Positions 49,899 through 64,000 of a stretch of 64,000 bases of DNA are shown piece after piece. The notes beneath the pieces are model-generated. The model was not told the origin of the DNA and did not search any database. It saw only the letters and a program-made list of their open reading frames with translations. The DNA lies in contig BDGG01000006.1 of NCBI GenBank assembly GCA_001949185.1, positions 2,338,827-2,402,826 of the forward strand, in the 5' to 3' direction. Made by a program: the position numbers and the translations under genes. This DNA is from Ramazzottius varieornatus. Its lineage: Eukaryota > Animalia > Tardigrada. Within the stretch, counting starts at the first letter, position 1; each line of letters starts with the position of its first letter.

Positions 49899-52800
49899 GG
49901 TAGCACTTTTGGTCGATCCAGGAACACAACAAACAGATACGACAGTTTTCGCTGAAGATATTCGTAGAAAATTACTCAAAAGCTGGTCTCTTTGTTCAAG
50001 TTGATAGTGGTGAACAAAACGTAGTTCGAAGTTAGGAATATAGGTCCATGTTGGGAAAGAATGTTCGTTTCGAAACAGTGTTTTTTGGCTGGAACTGGTT
50101 GGTGAGAACAGAGATTACATCACTGCAATCATCGACAACCTCTTCGCACACCAGATTGCTCTCAACAACATTCTTAAAAAACCAGATTAGTACGATGAGG
50201 GGACACTCATGTATTGGCGCCTGTAAATCGTTTCATCAGCTACACATCAACATGACGCAGGATCGGAAGGGAGATTACGACATCCATGACGAATTATCAA
50301 AGTTCCCTGACCAGATAACCGTAGAAAAGCATTCATTGATTTCCGTCAGGAGGACAGAAGAGAATGACTTGATAATACGGATGACGCGATGCATCGATCG
50401 GCGAGGATAAACAAGAGACCAATATGTTGATGCACAAACAAGCATAACAGTTTCAGGTTACCGAATATCAACTCCTGTTTCAAAATAAACGGTGTGCTGT
50501 AGGTTCCTGACTGAACGATGGGCGGTAGATTAATCAGCGAAATGGATACGAGGAGGAAATGAAAGGTTGAACTTGCCGGCAAGGCATATTTGGTGAGATT
50601 TCCGACCCTCGAAGCATTTCTCTCCACGGTTATGCAGATTCTGGAAGGCAAAGCATACAGGTAAAAGCTATACGCACCAGTGCTTTGAAAAGCCGCTTTA
50701 CTTGAACCAACAATGGAGTCTAAAAAAGCACTGCTGCATTATGCATGGCATAACACTACCTCAAAGGCAACTAAGTACTCTACTGTACAGTCATAGTGTC
50801 TTGTTGTCGGTGTTGGACAAGCGATATAGGTGAGAACAAATCGAAAACCTTACCCGGTCCAAAGCCGGTGCAATGGCTCACTCTTCCACCATGTAAGGTT
50901 CGATGAATGTTTTGTGGGTCGAACAGCAAGCGAAAGCATGATTTTAACGTGGTCTGCTCAAAGCGGGTGAATAGTGAAATTAGGGTCAACAGTGAGAGGC
51001 GATTGGCGAGGCTGATGGAGTAAACGTGCGACTAGCGCGTCCGAGTGGGCGGCACACACTTTCCCTCTTTGTGATTTCCATCTCGAAATGTACAATATTC
51101 TACAGCACCGCTGTCACCAAGCATGTTTACGTTAACCGCAAATCAGTAAACCGAAGCGTTTCTTTACGCTCGCTGAACGCCGAAAGACCGGTAAGTCATG
51201 AAGCCGCGTTGTAAAAGTGAAAGATGTTGCGCGAATATGCGATCACGAGCCCATAGGCGACACCAATTACCGCATCGCGTCTTTCATTTCATTCGTGGCT
51301 CCCCCGGGTCTGTAAGTGTCTCATCGAACCCGATAAAGAGATCAGCAAGCCAGCGTGCGCGATAGTCTTGATAGAAAGACTCATCGCGCCAATGGATGCC
51401 GACAGCCTCGACTTTTCCTGATGAAATTCGCGCTTTTATCACGTTGATTGAGTGGAAAATAATTTTCCGCTAAAGTGATGAACGGGTTTTTGTTGAAAAT
51501 TTTCCAAAGAATTTTTTTCGATCAAGCCAAATTGGGAGTAATAAGCTTTGACATGCTGCTGTCAGACGAGGATCTGTTTGTGGGTGTTTTGTCTATGAGT
51601 TTCAAGTGTTTCCTTTTGCGATGATCAAATAATAAACACCAACGCACAGACAGAGATTCAAGTTCATCCTGCTTAAGTTTCACTGCACGGTGGTCACACT
51701 AACATGTGTAACAGTGCAATTATGGAATGGAATCTTATCATACAGCCACTGTAATGAAGCGTCGTCGAGACCAGTATGAAGTTTGAATGCTCGTGTCAAT
51801 GGCTGGTCTCCTCATAACCTCACGCGCTGTCAATCACAGGTTCAAGGACGCACTTCCTTCAACCAACAAGCCATGGATGCCAGCGCACGTGGAGCAACCC
51901 TTCTCTGTGCGTTCCTGTCCGGTCGTGCTTTGTTTATCCGTGAGACACGATACAACTTACCTTGCGAGAGCAGTGGCGAGGATGGACGAGTATTGAAACA
52001 AGAAGCAGGACAGCCCTTTTCTAGACGCCGAAAAACTCAAATTTCACCTTGAACACAAGTGATATCTAGAACGATTAAATGTTGTTTGCAGAGCATATAC
52101 GGGACGGTACAACTTCCGATATAGATTTCGTGGTGAAGGTCGTAGATATAGGGCTTATCAAGGTATACATTGACAGGTGCCAGCCGATGCGATTGAATGG
52201 ACGCATATTTTGGTAAACATGGTTAGTACCTACTGATCGATGGAAACGTGGATAACGCAGCCGCTAATAAATAAGCATCAGTAGATATCAGGTATAAGCG
52301 GTGGACTACCGGAATAGCATGGTGTGTCATTGGAAAGTTGAGTGAGGGGAGCTGGGCAGATTTTTTCAAACAGGAAGAGATCGATGATTCGATTGTGGGG
52401 TAACTCGCTTACCGGTGCAGAGCACAGATACAAGATACGGTGCCAAAGTCATAACAGGTTGGTGGATTAGCGGCCATGAGCAGTACAGGAGAAAGGTCGA
52501 TCTATTATGACAGAGCGCCGGAAGTGGGTGGCAATGGACGCTGAGGTAAACAGATTTGATCGAGCAGAGGATGAAATGCCACTGTGTAAGTCCTGTGAAT
52601 CGAGGTAGTTGGATCCCAGCAAGTTTTTGCAAATACTTACAGCATGTATCCAACTGTCCGTTGGAAAAGGAGAGCTTGCGCACGTACTCACTGCTTCACG
52701 ACTGCGGCGCCATCTGTGCTGGACGAGCGGATATCTTCTCAGCAGTTTCAACAGTGGTACGTCCTTGGCGCGGTACAATCGACATCGATGCGACGATGGA

Positions 52801-55800
52801 CGAGAACTACTTATCTGACGCCTTAGTTTAAAAGGTCCCGAGCGACATTCTTTATTTACAGATGTAACTTCAACAGACAGAAAGCAGTAAGTGAGATATT
52901 CGAGAAGCAAAACTATAAGAAATGGAAGCGCAAAGTGTACTACGGTGACGAATACTCTACACCGAATGCTTTATTTTCGCAAGAAGGGATCATCGGTTCA
53001 ATAATCCAATACTTTATTTTCCGTATCGATATCCACCGGCGTACGGCCTGCAAGGAAACGAAAAGGTTTTCTGAATGATTAGCGCGTTGGAGGAAACACT
53101 GGTTTCCAAAAAGACACGTACACTCCGTAGCCCGGGAAACCTCCGTAAACCGGAATACCGCCCCCGTATCCGTATCCATATCCGTGAGAGAAACCACCGT
53201 ATTCACGTTTGGCTCCTACCATGAAGAACAGCCCTCAGATGGAACTTTAGAATAGACGGAACGAAACACTGGACTTACGGAATACGGCAGCCATCGCTTC
53301 TTGTTCGGCTGGTGCACCATTGGCCATTGATATTCCAAGAACCAACACAACGGCAATAGCCAGCAAGACAACAAACGAGTTTTGGGCCATCTTATTAGGG
53401 ATAAGTCTAACCACAGCAAATTTTCTTAACGAATAAAAGAGACTCTGTCGGAAACTCGAAACATCAAACTTGAAAAACTACTGTGCAACATTTTATAGGA
53501 ACTTCTAACTGTATGAAAAGACCATGCGAAGACAACACTTGAGATCACTCTCGTAAAAGAAACTCCGTTATTTTCACACGAAGTGCTGGGTAATTTCCAT
53601 TACCAAGCAAGCTGGGTGCCAGAAACTACCTGCTGACTACAAAATTAGGGCTGAAGTGTTTTGAAAGAAGTACTTCAGTTTTTTCTGTCTCATCATTACT
53701 CATAAACTTTTCCAGCAATTATGGCGGTTTCGGGAGCCACTTAAAAGTCAACTATCGCCCTTGACCATTCGGTGTGGCTGCATAACCAGAGATGGATTAT
53801 GAGCATAGCACTTTTATTCTTCCGGGTGCGTCCAAAAATGTGAGTTGTAAGAAGCCCAGTCAGGAGGGTCGCTGAAGCTAAGGTTCGTGGGGTGGGGTAT
53901 CACAGTCCGTGTCACTACGGGTATCCGCAAAGTGATCTGTTGAAAAGACAAAGACCCGCCATCCGCGCCTTTGGCTTGATCCGTCTGAGTACGGAGTAGC
54001 TGTGAGCCGTCCACTTCCTCCCACGTATTCCACCCCACTTTCTGGAAACATTATTCGTATGCGATGACTACATTTGGATACTTGTTATGCTGCAGAGCGC
54101 CACAATTTGTTGACTCAGGGTCAAGGTTGGAAGGATGGGAAGTCAAGTTCGTGCTACGCGAAACAAGAATAAGGCTCTGGCTCGCAGACTTAAAAAGGGC
54201 ATCCCTATATTCGGGCTAACCCTTCACGCCAGTCTTTCACGAAAACATACGTATCTCGCAAACATAAACCGTCTTCCACATGATGAAAGTACCATAAGCC
54301 CAACCAGGACTCCTTTTCCGTCGAGAAGTCCGAGAACCCTATAATGTTTAGCATACCGGCAAATTATTATGTGGGACTAGAAACGCACAAGGGATTTACT
54401 GCATAGATTGTGAAGGATACCCAGTCGAACTGCGTTGAAAGAAACGGGAAAATCCAGATTTTGGTTTTGATTAGTCGAAGAAAATGATGACGTCAATCCA
54501 TCTTACTCCTCGGCCACAGAAATAAAAATCCTTCGGGAACCACTGCGGAACCAGGTTAACGATGGTCAAACCGGGCTCCAGTCATGAAGCGGGTATGGAT
54601 CGTGCAAAGCGACATTGAATGGAGCTGGACACCAGGCTGAAAACATCGCCGAACCGCGCTGCAGTTACGGTTCATAGTTTTACGAACCGGGCAAATCGGT
54701 CTCAGATGAGCCGGGTAAGTCTCTGCGGGAAAGTACTGTCACCCGGAGTCCCGCGCCTCTTTGACGAACAGCTGACTATGCAGTGCTCTCTGTAGCCCAA
54801 AATGGAAATCCAGATTAGTGGTACTAGTGCTGGCACTGGTCCTCTTACTCCTTCTACCGGTGCACAGTTCGGTTCCATGACGGAGAGGCCCTCACGCCCA
54901 CACCTAAGCTTGATTCCTGTGCGCGAGAAGACCTCTCCACACAGATTTCCGAGAATCATTGTCCGTCACACATAAACTAGAAGACACAAATTTTTCACGC
55001 AAACTTCCAATAATTTGAGAGCCAAGTACCATCGACGGTAACCTATTCAGCTAGAAATCCGCGAACGAAGATTATGAACGTACATTGCTCCAGCTACATC
55101 TGATGAAACCACGCGTGTAGATTTTCGACAGCAGCGCGGCGCAACAAGCAATGCGCAAACGATTTCGTCCTATCTTTCTGTACAATGAAATGCGTCCGTC
55201 ACAATTGTACAGTACGGAGAGGCAGATAAAATTTTAACAATGACCAAGCAGCGTTTAAGGGGCACACCTTGTGCAAAGCGAGTTCGCAACCTTGCACTGA
55301 GGCCCTGATTACACATTGGGAACCATCGATGATCCGATGGTAGAGAAAGAGAGTACTCGTACCAGCGGACCCTTGGACGAATCTAGGCGTCTGGTTACTC
55401 AAGCATCTTTAGGGTGCTGTGAAGCTAGGGCATTTATTCAAAATCCGCAACACGGTTTTTGATCGTAAGTGGTATCAACATGGTTTTTGAGCGGAAATCT
55501 TTAGACAGCGCCTTGGATGTTACTTTTTTACGGCTGTTTGGCTCTTCGATATCGTACGTCGCACGCGGTTCATGTTTAACGTAATAACGTACTTAACTAT
55601 GTACCTCGGTTAAAATTGTACGATTGAGTCGCGTACTGCTGTATCAAACGAGAGCTACTAATTAGCTAATCGAGTGGAGTGTTTCGTTTTGTAGCTGAGT
55701 TTTCGTCCAATTCGGTCGTACGCTTTAAGAAAGCACAGAACAAACAGAAAAACGGATGAGGCGGAGCCTTATTGGTACAGCTGCAAAATTCCTCGGCTTG

Positions 55801-57245
55801 AATCAATCGAGCCTGACTTGACTCAATACTTCTGTTTTGTGCAAGCGGCCATTCTGAATTTTCTCCTTGGAACATTTTGCTTTTTTGAGAAAATCGATCC
55901 CTTTCTCGATCAAGTTTCGTGATCTGTTCTCCGTGTATAAGTGCTGTACTCGCAGGGGTGACGAGAGTTTGCTTTGGAGCGAGGAATGCCACTGTCCAAC
56001 AGATGGGAACGACGAAAGAAACGGAGGAATGGCGTCTGACTCCCATTGTGGTGATCTCGTTTGTTCCCGTCGCCCCGCGTGTTTTTGCCCGAGCTCGGCA
56101 CGTCGACCTCAAGGTGAGAATCATACTCTCGTACCTGAAGGCCCAAGATCTGTTTGACCATGAGTCGAAGAAACTGCGGGCTACGCCGTCTGTAGTGGGA
56201 TGCTCGCTTGGTACTGCTGGTTATGCTAACTGTTCATTGACTGATTTGATTCCTATTAAGGCTTTGCTTTCAGAAGTATTACTCCTGACTCGAGAAATGG
56301 AGAAGGGTCTCAAGGAACATTAGCAACAACGACGGAGATCCGATCTGATGAGCGAGCTGGTGGTTCCATCAAGTAAGCAGACTGATGCATCGCGTCAAGC
56401 AGTTTCAGGTCGATAGGACTTCATATGTCGGCCGGCGTACATTCTCGCTGCTTGATGACTGATCACTGCTTGTTGTCCACAGGTCAACCCATCTGCAATC
56501 GGAACATAACTTTCCAAACTTGTCTTTGCTTATCTTATCTGTTCTTGCCCGTGTTGTGACATATTTCGGATTTGTTCGAGCTCGAAACGGTGTGACAGGA
56601 TCCACGATTTCCCGTTTTCCATGTGTATCGCTTTCTCTGATCTTCGTCGATCTTTCCGCTAAATTTTATGCAGTTTCATACTTGTCGTCGTGCGGTGGTT
56701 TACGAAGTTCTACGCGGTTTTGGTTCGTTTTGAAGAAATTAAAGTTTTCACCGGAAATCATGTTTTTCGTCTTTGCTTTACCTAGGAAAAACCGAAAAAT
56801 CTGTACCTGAATTAAGCGATTTTTCTGCTCAAAAGAACAGCTAATTCAAAGCTTTTCTGATATAGAATAAACACTAAACCGTGCTCCAAAACTGCCTGTT
56901 TTCAGATACAGAAAAAGCTCATTTTGATAGAATGAAAACAGCATCTTCGATGCTTCTTTAACTCGAAAATTCAGCTTTTTGATATCTAAAAACAGGCATT
57001 TTGAGATCCGGGTACAGTTTTAAAATCCTCTTGATTTTCTATCTCACCTATTTTTCCGCCTCTGAGTTAGAGGATTATTTTGTGAAGATATAGATGCCGA
57101 TGCTCTGATTAGGGTACAATGGAAGCATTGCATAGCGAAAGCTCAGTAAATATGGCGGATGCAGGGAAGTTTAAATGTGGACGCTCTAAGAGATGCAACA
57201 TCAACAAAAACAGTGTTTCCGGGTTCGATCCAGAGCAGTGGTCTG

Positions 57246-58721
57246 TCAAATTTCGAAAGGATCTTTCAGTAGGGCGGTATGTCTCGTTGGTCTTTCTTCG
57301 TAGGGTGTCTGAATACTACCCTGGTTGTATATGGCTTGATACTGGTGCGCCGCAGCAGGGTGGACTCTTGTTTGCTCACTTCTCAGTGTAATCTTTCGCA
57401 GCAAGATAGCACTGAAAACGATAGCGCTAACACACAGGATTACGGTGATGACTAATATCGCCGTTCCACCTAGACCACCGGCAATCCTCTGGCCCACGGT
57501 TGTATCGATAGCGCGCAGCTCGTCCAAACACACGAAGCGGTCTTCGGGCAAGGTACCAATGAACATATCACGATGTGGCGCATCCATACACCTGGAAAAA
57601 AAATGTCCGATGAACAAAGCCGAACAGAGAGTAATCTGGTCATGGATAGCCACTTACTTGGTCTTTTTGAGCTCCTCGGTGATCTTCTCGTGTCCGATCG
57701 ACTTCTCCAGCATGTCCTTGTCGACCATCCACTTGATCGTGCAGTCGCACTGCCATGGGTTTCCACTCAGGAGTAGTTCTTTCAGATATAGTACATTTAC
57801 TGTATGGACGTCGAGGCTTCGTAGTGCGCAGTTACGAATGGATACTCGCTCGAGCGACCCACTGAACTTCCATGCCTCCGGAGCATGGTTACCGAAAGCG
57901 TCCTCATGGATAAATTCCAGATGAACGTTGTGGTCTAGGCTGATGTCAGTCATCTTGTCCAGAGCGGCGAAGGTGTAATCCTTGATCTGGCGAATATTCG
58001 TGTCTTTCAGATAAAGAGTCCGAAGCTCAACAAGGTAGTCGAAATCTGAAGCGTCGACCTTGGTGATGGGGTTACCGCTTAAGAATAATGCACGTAGACT
58101 GTAACCGACTTTCTTCAGGGCGTCTGCCGGCACCTTTTCCATTCTGTTGCCTTCGAGCACCAACTTTGTCAGCTTCTTATTGTTTTTGAAAATGTTGGGT
58201 GGCAGCGTGCGAAGTCCCGATGAACGGATAGTGAGGTCTTGAAGAAGCGGAACACTTTCAAAAATATCTTCAGGTAAGGCTTCCAAAGTAAGGCGGATGT
58301 CTGAAATATCCAGCATCTGTAAGGCAGGAAAGCGCGCTAGATCGGCCTTCGTGATTGCGGAAAAGGGGTTCCCCATCACATTCAGCTCGGATAACTTTGG
58401 CAGCGATGCGGGGAAAGACGAGAAGTCAGTAAGGGCGTTATTTTGAACGTTGATGACTGTGATTTCAGTCGTTGAAGCGTTGACGTAGTTTGAGCAGATG
58501 GTCTTAAGTTTACTGCTAGGATTTGGACAGGAAAACGTAGTGTCCGAACAAATGTTACAGGCATGATCGTCTTTGAGTTCACAAGGCAGTGAACAGGCAT
58601 CCAGGCTTGTTGATACGGCAGGCGTTCGCTTCACCGGTAGAGAAATTGTTGGTGGCTTTTGACTGATGACAAGATGGACTACCCCGAACAGGCAGAGCAG
58701 TATCCTTGAGTAACTCTTCAT
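57246..58721 (-). CDS. Single-pass type I membrane leucine-rich-repeat protein
   Basis: Signal peptide, Cys-rich N-cap, ~9 LRRs, LRRCT NPWQCDC...KC, 66-bp intron 57592-57657, TM AILVITVILCVSAIVFSAILL and a short tail. Confidence 0.92.
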
Positions 58722-59265
58722 GGTTAAAAGATGGAAAATTCGGCAGAGAGCTACTGAACCAGTAAAATGCGCGAAGTTCGAGCCAGGTAACGTCTGGCTC
58801 CTGGCTACGGTACCAGAAGCAACGTTGCAGTTTTATGAGAATGAGCTACGAGCCTATGAGCACAACAACGAGTGAGTTTGTCTAGAAGTTTGTAGCCAGA
58901 TTTACTTTCCAGGTTCTCGGTTCTCCCCAACGCTTCTATCGTGTATGTTGAAGCTGGTGTGCACATATTAAAATGCGGTAAAACCAACCTTATCGGTTCC
59001 GCAGCACAAAGTTGTGTTTACCTTTCGCAGTGACTCGCTTCGCTATATGGCACGAACTGAGATTGCATAACGTTACACAGCTACAGTCGGAAATATAAGT
59101 ACGCGTTGGTGCTTCGTATGCTTCAGCGACGCACTTCACGGTGTACTGGCTACGAGCTCGAAACGCGACAGTAGCGTGGCGGGCCATTCTCATTGGCTGA
59201 GGGGTAAGTAAGCTCCAGCTGGATTGTTACGCCCATTTTTAACGGTTAATTTTGTCGTACACTGT

Positions 59266-59463
59266 ACACGCACGACGAGAAATTAGGGGCCAGAACAAAT
59301 TATGGTCCAGGCGGAAAAGACGGCAAAACGGAAATTCAAACGCAGAAGAAGTCGAAAATTTTATTACTGTCAATCGGTCGCTTACGTACGTGCTTCCGTA
59401 CCTTCATAGCGAAAAGGTCTTTCCCATAATTTTTACGGGCCTATAATTTCTCGTTATGCGTGT
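59266..59463. mobile_element. ~200-bp MITE family, copy 3, abutting a Tc1-like MITE end
   Basis: TA|CACGCACGACGAGAAATTA...TAATTTCTCGTTATGCGTG|TA. Confidence 0.85.
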
Positions 59464-60059
59464 ACTGCGGGCACAAGGCTTCAAACCTTGAAATCGGATG
59501 GATGGCGTTGGATGCATTGTAGATAATTAGTGTGGATCTTGTAGTTAGCCCACTATCTGTCCTTCTCAAAAAGCATCCGTGCGCGTACAAAGGGCGCTAA
59601 CTTGATCGTCAACATTCTGAGTGTCTAAAGCTGACACTGTCAGCCAGAAGTTAGTCTCCGAAAGGAAATAGGTTTGATATTTTAATCCCGGCAATTCGCC
59701 ATATTGGTAGAATGCTTCTTATGGATGTTTGGAATACGCGATGACCATGCCCTGCGGAATTTCACGACGCGCACTCCGGCGGACGAAGTCGAACATATCC
59801 AGCCGTTTGAGATATACAGTATACGCTGGTAGGACTTTAGCATTATAAACTGTGGTTGAAAACTAGCGACGCAGCAGAAAAATCATGTTCTCTCGTCAGA
59901 GAAGACTTTCCAGTGGCTAGAAGCAGTCTTTATGCGTACAATGTGTTTAGAATAAGCAAATCTCATGCGAGTATCGTAAATCTGGTTGAACAAGGGCGAA
60001 GCCACAACAGGTATCGTCTCGTTTCAGCTCTTCCGGCTGGATTGCCACATTGTGGGACT

Positions 60060-61161
60060 TTAGTTTCCGTGCTCTGGCTTCATGCCGTTGTTGATGTTTT
60101 CCGAACACACCTGCAACAATGGTGCTGATCACATGTGCATCGTCGTGCTGCGTGACCCTCTCGGCCAATGGGCATGATTCAAAACATGTTCTTTGTGGAC
60201 GAATGTTATCACTTACCTCGATGAATGCAGGATTACGCTTCAGATCCATTAGCATCCCTTTCAACATTGCGTAGCGTAGGAAGAATGGATAGTGCTTCAC
60301 ACCTTTGTAGTCTCGTTCCAGCATGTCGATCAGCTTACGAAGCCCACAGTACCGCCGTGCCATCTGATACAAGTCGCTGTGGAGTATTTCGTTCTCTTGA
60401 TTGATCTCTTCCAAAGTCACACCTAAAATCAAACGAAAGGTTTGTCCTGCTGGCAATCTTCATTTCAGTGAACGGTTTCGACAAGTACTGCTTGAGAGAA
60501 TGCTCTAGGTTAGAAATTCTGAACCTGAGGTATGCGAACGAAGGAGGCTTTGTCGGAGCTGCTATTCTTTCAGGTTTCTTCTGTTCTACGTTGTTACGCT
60601 GAGTGACAGTCGGCCACGTTTGATCACACTCACCGTCAAAGCGATCTTTGAGTTCCTTGTCGGCTTTGCGTTTCGCTTCATCGTCCGATTCCGTGGATGC
60701 TTTCTTTGTCTGATTGATGAGCGGAACCAGACGCTGAGCATACGCCAGTGGCAGCTCGCCGGGTTCCTGTGCAGGGATCCGAATGCATGTCTTGTTGCCG
60801 CCAATCTGATTAATAGCCCGCAGGACCTGCTTGATCATTATTTTCATGGAGGCATAGCGCTGATAGAAGTTGGAGTTCTCGGTACATTTCCCGTACTGAG
60901 CATGCAGGTGAGTGAGGGCGGACAGGACGGTTTCGTAAGAGGCAGCAAGCTTCTCCACAGCGGCAAGCAGTGCTTCGTGAATGATAAGCTGGTCGAGGCG
61001 GATTTTAACTGTAATTAGGGAAGGAACCCAGCATTACGTAAGGCAAACTTTTCAAGGCCTGTTTCGTCAGGAATAATGATGACAAAAAGGCGTACCTTCT
61101 TCCTCATCAGCGACGATATCCTGAACCATGGACGTTAACTTTCCCATCAAGGTCTTCTTCC
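60060..61161 (-). CDS. Uncharacterised helical protein with an internal twofold repeat (5' end unresolved)
   Basis: Phase-compatible exons ~61161-61096, ~61008-60634, ~60422-60216 and ~60110-60060. Repeats: LAASYETVLSALTHLHAQY...FYQRYASMKIMI and MARRYCGLRKLIDMLERDY...FFLRYAMLKGML. Confidence 0.7.
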
Positions 61162-62761
61162 CTGCAATGAGAATGGAAACCTTGAGGTAACGTACTGAAG
61201 ATGGCTTTCGTAGTGTCTAATTGAGGCGAAATTATCGGGAAACCTTGTTTTAAAGCCTCACATGATCAACTTGGAATTCACCACATTTCCGGCTGATGAT
61301 GCAGAGTATTATAGTATAATCTTGAACCTTCCTTTACTTAAAGTGTCCAGTGCCCCTTCGTTGTCGCTTGTCAAAAGCTTAGTTTATGGTTAAACTCTGG
61401 ATGGGATTAGGTAGCAGTTAAACGGGATCGAACCACGCCCAGCGCACTCGCCAAACGCTATCAGAGCGTCTTCGGTTACAGTTCTCATGTTTCTTGAAAT
61501 ACCGAGGTTTTCGTTTCATCGTAATGATGTCACATTGACATCAATAATGGGTTGGTGTTTTTGTGGATGACGAAAAGCGGTTGAGAAACGCAAGGCGGTA
61601 ATTTCTGCGTGGTTAAATAATCGGCTTCCTCAGAATATGACAGAATTAAATGAGCCGCGCAGAAAAACGAGAAAGCTTGGAAGGTGAAGCTAATTGTTTA
61701 TGGCTGTTCTCTGATGACAGCGAAATAGCGTCACGAGGCTCGAAGCTTGTCTCCTGATGTCTTCAGGGACGTTCCTTCGGCTGGACCCAGCTATTATCTC
61801 CGCCTGACATGATGGGGCTTACAAAGTTGAGAGGATAATCCGTTGACACAATGAGAGCTCCTTGCGTCACAACAGAACTCGGTACAGAAGAGGAAGCGGC
61901 AAACAGCTGCGGTTGCAAACTGTCGCGTGAGAGTTGCGTGCGACCTGCAAATTATCCTGAGCCTTTGGGACTGCCAGAAAAACTCTAATCTAACCATATT
62001 GAATTACCTTCGGCAAAGTCCCTCCTTGGATCTGCTGCTCCAAGCTGCACAGCAACTACTATTGTCTGCGACTGCCCGACGAACTTCAAGGAGCCTCAGG
62101 TCTGTCCATATCTGGGAAACCTTCCGGTTCACTCGAACTCAAGTTACTTGTCAGAATTAATGAAGCTTTTCCTGGTTAGGTAATGGAGTTATCTTGTCAG
62201 CACATACTGCCAGTCCAAATACATACATAAGGGTCTCTGGACCAGAAATGGAAATCGCGGTCGAGAAAACGGCCTTGGCTTAAGTTTTTTCCGTGGGGAA
62301 GAAAGTCAAGCGAAGAGCTCAATGATCAACAAAGGAGCATCAAGACCTTGTAAAACAAGCACTTGTGCGCAATTACATTTCATCTTAGTTGGCTCCTGAG
62401 CAATCAGCACGCTTCGCTCCAACCAGGAAGCGCGTTACAACTAGCCATCAACCGCCTGTGGCCATTTTTCCCCCTCTATTCCACGGCATCCGGAAACACC
62501 GAGACGCCAAAGATTAGGTCATACTTCCTGACCTAGAAAAACGCAAGCCTCGTCAATCCGATACGCTAGCGTGAGACCAGCAGCTGTTCTAATTGATCTT
62601 CGCGTAATCCAGGGGTGGCTCCAATATTGATACTGAGTTTTTCTCCCGGTCCACACATCGACGATCGCTTGCCTGAACAGTAACCATGTATTCTAAATGT
62701 GTGCTGGTCCTCACATATTTTTCCGGCACCTCAAGGAACACAATAAAAACCTAATGATATA

Positions 62762-63225
62762 TGGGTATCGGCAGCCCAGTTTTGGGCATAACTTTTTCAG
62801 CTCCGAACCACCCTCTTTCGACATGAATTGTAAGCAGTATTAAAGGGCATCGAGCACTGGCTTCACTACGCTCCGCAACGGATCGACGCTTCACAAAACT
62901 GTTCGCCCTTGTGCGAAGATTTCTCTGGAAATTCCAGGGGTGACTACCAGCTGCAATAACCCTCAGATGGAGGTTTTTCCCTCAAACAGATCCTGGCGCA
63001 TTTCCAGGATGTTGACATCGGTGTGACGTCAACATCTTTTCAGTAACTGTTAGAAACTCGAACCCCCCAGTCCTTCCCCGACGAAGCCATCTGACCACTG
63101 GTCAAACAGCTGGACGGGTTATAGCATCCTGCTCCTCGATGTCTGTTACACAACTAAGCCAAAAGTCGATTCCTAAACAATTTGATCAGCGATCGTTATG
63201 CCCAAAAATGGGCTGCCGATACCAA
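62762..63225. mobile_element. ~470-bp MITE family, copy 2
   Basis: TIRs GGTATCGGCAGCCCAGTTTTGGGCATAAC...GTTATGCCCAAAAATGGGCTGCCGATACC. Confidence 0.88.
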
Positions 63226-64000
63226 TAAGTTTGTTTAGACGAGGTGTATGAGGAACAGCATCCGTGCTGCCCCAAACTACTCTGGCCCAGAGCCATAATA
63301 GTTTCTAGAGCAGACAACACAAGAGCTCTAGCAAGTACGCAGCTAAAACCAACACCGAAATTTAAAATATTTAACCCAATGGTTTTTCTGCCTGTTTTAG
63401 CTTAACGAAAGATCGGTGCTCGACTATTGAGGCTCACTGCCCTTCGGAGGGAATGATGTTAAGGTCGTGATTACGTAAGAACAGATCCACCTTGAAGGTC
63501 TCGCCCATGTAATGCCGAAGACAGATGGAAAGACAGATGTAATCTTTCTTTCCGCGATCAGAGTTTCTAAACAGTACCCATAATCAATATGGGCACCGGC
63601 TGTTATGACGGGAGTTCCCCATTGGGATCTCCATTGAAAACCAGGTATACTGTCGAGCCGAAAGGCTCACTTTTTTCATAACCGAAGTCGTCAACGATGA
63701 ATGTCAATGTCATCCAAAGATCTGATAAGAGTGTTGAACCTAGGTCTCTCAATAACAGTCATCATACCCGTTGCGCGATCTCCAAGTACCTAACCTTACT
63801 GTCGGATAGACCACGCGGAAGGCGGTGAAGATGATTGAGTCAAGTCTACAGTAATCAGCCGAAGCCGGTCGTAAGTGGTTTCGAGAAAAATAACAAGATG
63901 CTATTCATCAGTTTATTGGCTTAAAGATGCAATAAGGCGATATCACTTCCTTCTTGGGGATACCAGATTGAAAACATCGATCTTAGTGTCAGGTTCGATC

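Noticed and set aside
42000-56800. Numerous 60-150-aa ORFs in the gene-poor region
   Set aside because: No recognisable motifs or consistent splice chains apart from 48764-49898. Likely intronic or intergenic.
56885-57006. AT-rich inverted repeat downstream of the LRR gene
   Set aside because: Looks like a small decayed MITE. Its ends and TSD could not be defined.
57246-58721. Two abutting in-frame ORFs suggesting stop-codon readthrough in the LRR gene
   Set aside because: The TAA is part of an AA|GTAAGT donor. The 66-bp intron 57592-57657 restores the frame (KTKCMDAP).

Overview
Eukaryotic, compact, intron-rich animal genomic DNA (about 47% GC by eye, most introns 60-85 bp). The style suggests a tardigrade such as Ramazzottius, but that is inference only. 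Spliced gene models reconstructed by hand: a CCR4/CNOT6-type deadenylase with no intact LRR found, an 18-exon strongly divergent RNA polymerase II second-largest subunit (RPB2-like), a Myb/SANT-like (Harbinger-type) DNA-binding protein, a divergent PRMT5, ANKRD16, LMW-PTP (ACP1), a class A GPCR, a RasGEF1-family GEF, a single-pass LRR protein and an unknown two-repeat helical protein. There are also many non-autonomous DNA transposons (hAT-, Tc1/mariner- and IS3EU-like MITEs). The most striking observation is in the RPB2-like gene. All nine introns longer than 170 bp carry hairpins, and eight of them carry one palindromic family (CAAGTGGCGCAC-N25-GTGCGCCACTTG) whose spacer is exactly 25 nt despite heavy sequence divergence. 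None of the eight short introns carries it, and no paired copy was seen elsewhere in the window. This hairpin array sits in a 20-kb block of divergent copies of core RNA/chromatin machinery (CCR4, RPB2, PRMT5).
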